Shown here piece after piece: positions 26,849 through 27,522 of a stretch of DNA of 27,522 nt (position 1 is its first letter; each line of letters opens with the position of its first letter). The stretch covers positions 1 to 27,522 of the IMG/VR virus record IMGVR_UViG_3300012953_000172; one strand, 5' to 3'. The notes beneath the pieces were generated by a model. That model was given only the letters and a program-made list of their open reading frames with translations. It ran no database searches and was not told the DNA's origin. The DNA is from a virus (lineage: Duplodnaviria; Caudoviricetes). Made by a program: the position numbers and the translations under genes.

Positions 26849-27520
26849 TTAAAATATATATCTGATTTTTTGCCAAGGCACAACAGTGTTATGCAATTGT
26901 TTGAAATCTTTTATATATTGTTTTTTGTTATGTCGATTGTATCTGATATTTAAACAACCATATTCAGAAGTTTTAGGTTCTTGCAATTCTGGTCGCCATA
27001 AATATTTCTCTCCATTTACATCGTTTATTACGTTGTATTTATGCATTTCTTTATTATGTGTTAAAAATATACACTCTGCTTTTACTTTATTTTTTATAGA
27101 TTTATCTACAATAGAATCTACAAGTCTAAACAAATCATTGTAATCTTTTTGAAAATCTTCATACATAATTATTGGTGAATAGTTTAGATGAACATCATAT
27201 CCTGCTTCATAAAAGTCATTAACCGCTTTTATTCTATCTATAATTTTAGATGTACCAGGTTCTAGTATATCTGATAGTTTTTGCGGCATAATACTAAATC
27301 TTATTCTGACTTTTCTATTAGCATTGTAAGACAATAAATTTTTGTTAACATATTTTGTTGCAGCTGTACCCATTGTCTTTGGATCGTTTTTAAAGTAATC
27401 AAATAAGTATTCCCAATTATGATATTTAGCATGTAACACATAATCTTCGTTGCAACTAAAATCATATGTGTAATATTTACTATGTGTCTGATTGGGTTCT
27501 TTAGGCCATTTTAATAACCA
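26849..27520 (-). CDS. spore photoproduct lyase (SplB)-like radical SAM protein, 5'-truncated by the window
   Basis: The frame stays open to the window edge (..PNQTHSKYYTYDFSCNED..). Motifs ATKYVN, RIRFS.MP, EPGTS.I.DRI.A.N.F.EAGY.VH.N.SP.I and IFLTH. The CxxxCxxC motif would lie outside the window. Confidence 0.78.
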   Translation of the reverse strand, partial: WLLKWPKEPNQTHSKYYTYDFSCNEDYVLHAKYHNWEYLFDYFKNDPKTMGTAATKYVNKNLLSYNANRKVRIRFSIMPQKLSDILEPGTSKIIDRIKAVNDFYEAGYDVHLNYSPIIMYEDFQKDYNDLFRLVDSIVDKSIKNKVKAECIFLTHNKEMHKYNVINDVNGEKYLWRPELQEPKTSEYGCLNIRYNRHNKKQYIKDFKQLHNTVVPWQKIRYIF

Positions 27521-27522
27521 TA

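Noticed and set aside
20763-27143. Short + strand ORFs in the - strand block (for example 20763, 21016, 21908, 22511, 22689, 23763, 24560, 26302, 26886)
   Set aside because: Antisense shadows of well-supported genes, with no recognisable signals.
1-27522. Alternative genetic code (TAG/TGA reassignment, as in some crAss-like phages)
   Set aside because: Genes tile densely under code 11, and TAG and TGA both serve as normal, often coupled, stop codons.

Overview
AT-rich (roughly 30% GC, estimated by eye) fragment of a dsDNA tailed phage genome, probably podovirus-like, read with the standard genetic code. The gene content suggests an aquatic, sunlit-habitat phage, but this is inference. There are two convergent gene blocks. 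The + strand block (1-19661) is late/virion: small basic and membrane proteins, an M15-family endolysin, a metallophosphoesterase, a 2131-aa tail nozzle-like protein, several putative ejection proteins, a 2603-aa protein, a peptidoglycan-binding protein, an MscS-like mini-protein and small holin-like genes. The - strand block (19651-27522) is early/replication: a spore-photoproduct-lyase-like radical SAM gene cut by the window edge, DUF932, ERF annealase, putative SSB, an AEP primase-helicase fusion, a PD-(D/E)xK resolvase and a 2OG-Fe(II) oxygenase. The main result is that the 2603-aa protein carries the complete, correctly ordered motif set of a single-chain two-barrel RNA polymerase, with an unusual DKDSD catalytic loop. 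It is therefore a candidate virion-packaged RNAP of the crAss/QDE-1 type, in a phage that uses strong Shine-Dalgarno sites and so probably has a non-Bacteroidota host. Its N-terminus looks paralogous to the small protein just upstream. The early-block intergenic regions hold several structured RNA-like elements with a shared stem sequence. All family calls come from motif recognition by eye; no database searches were run.
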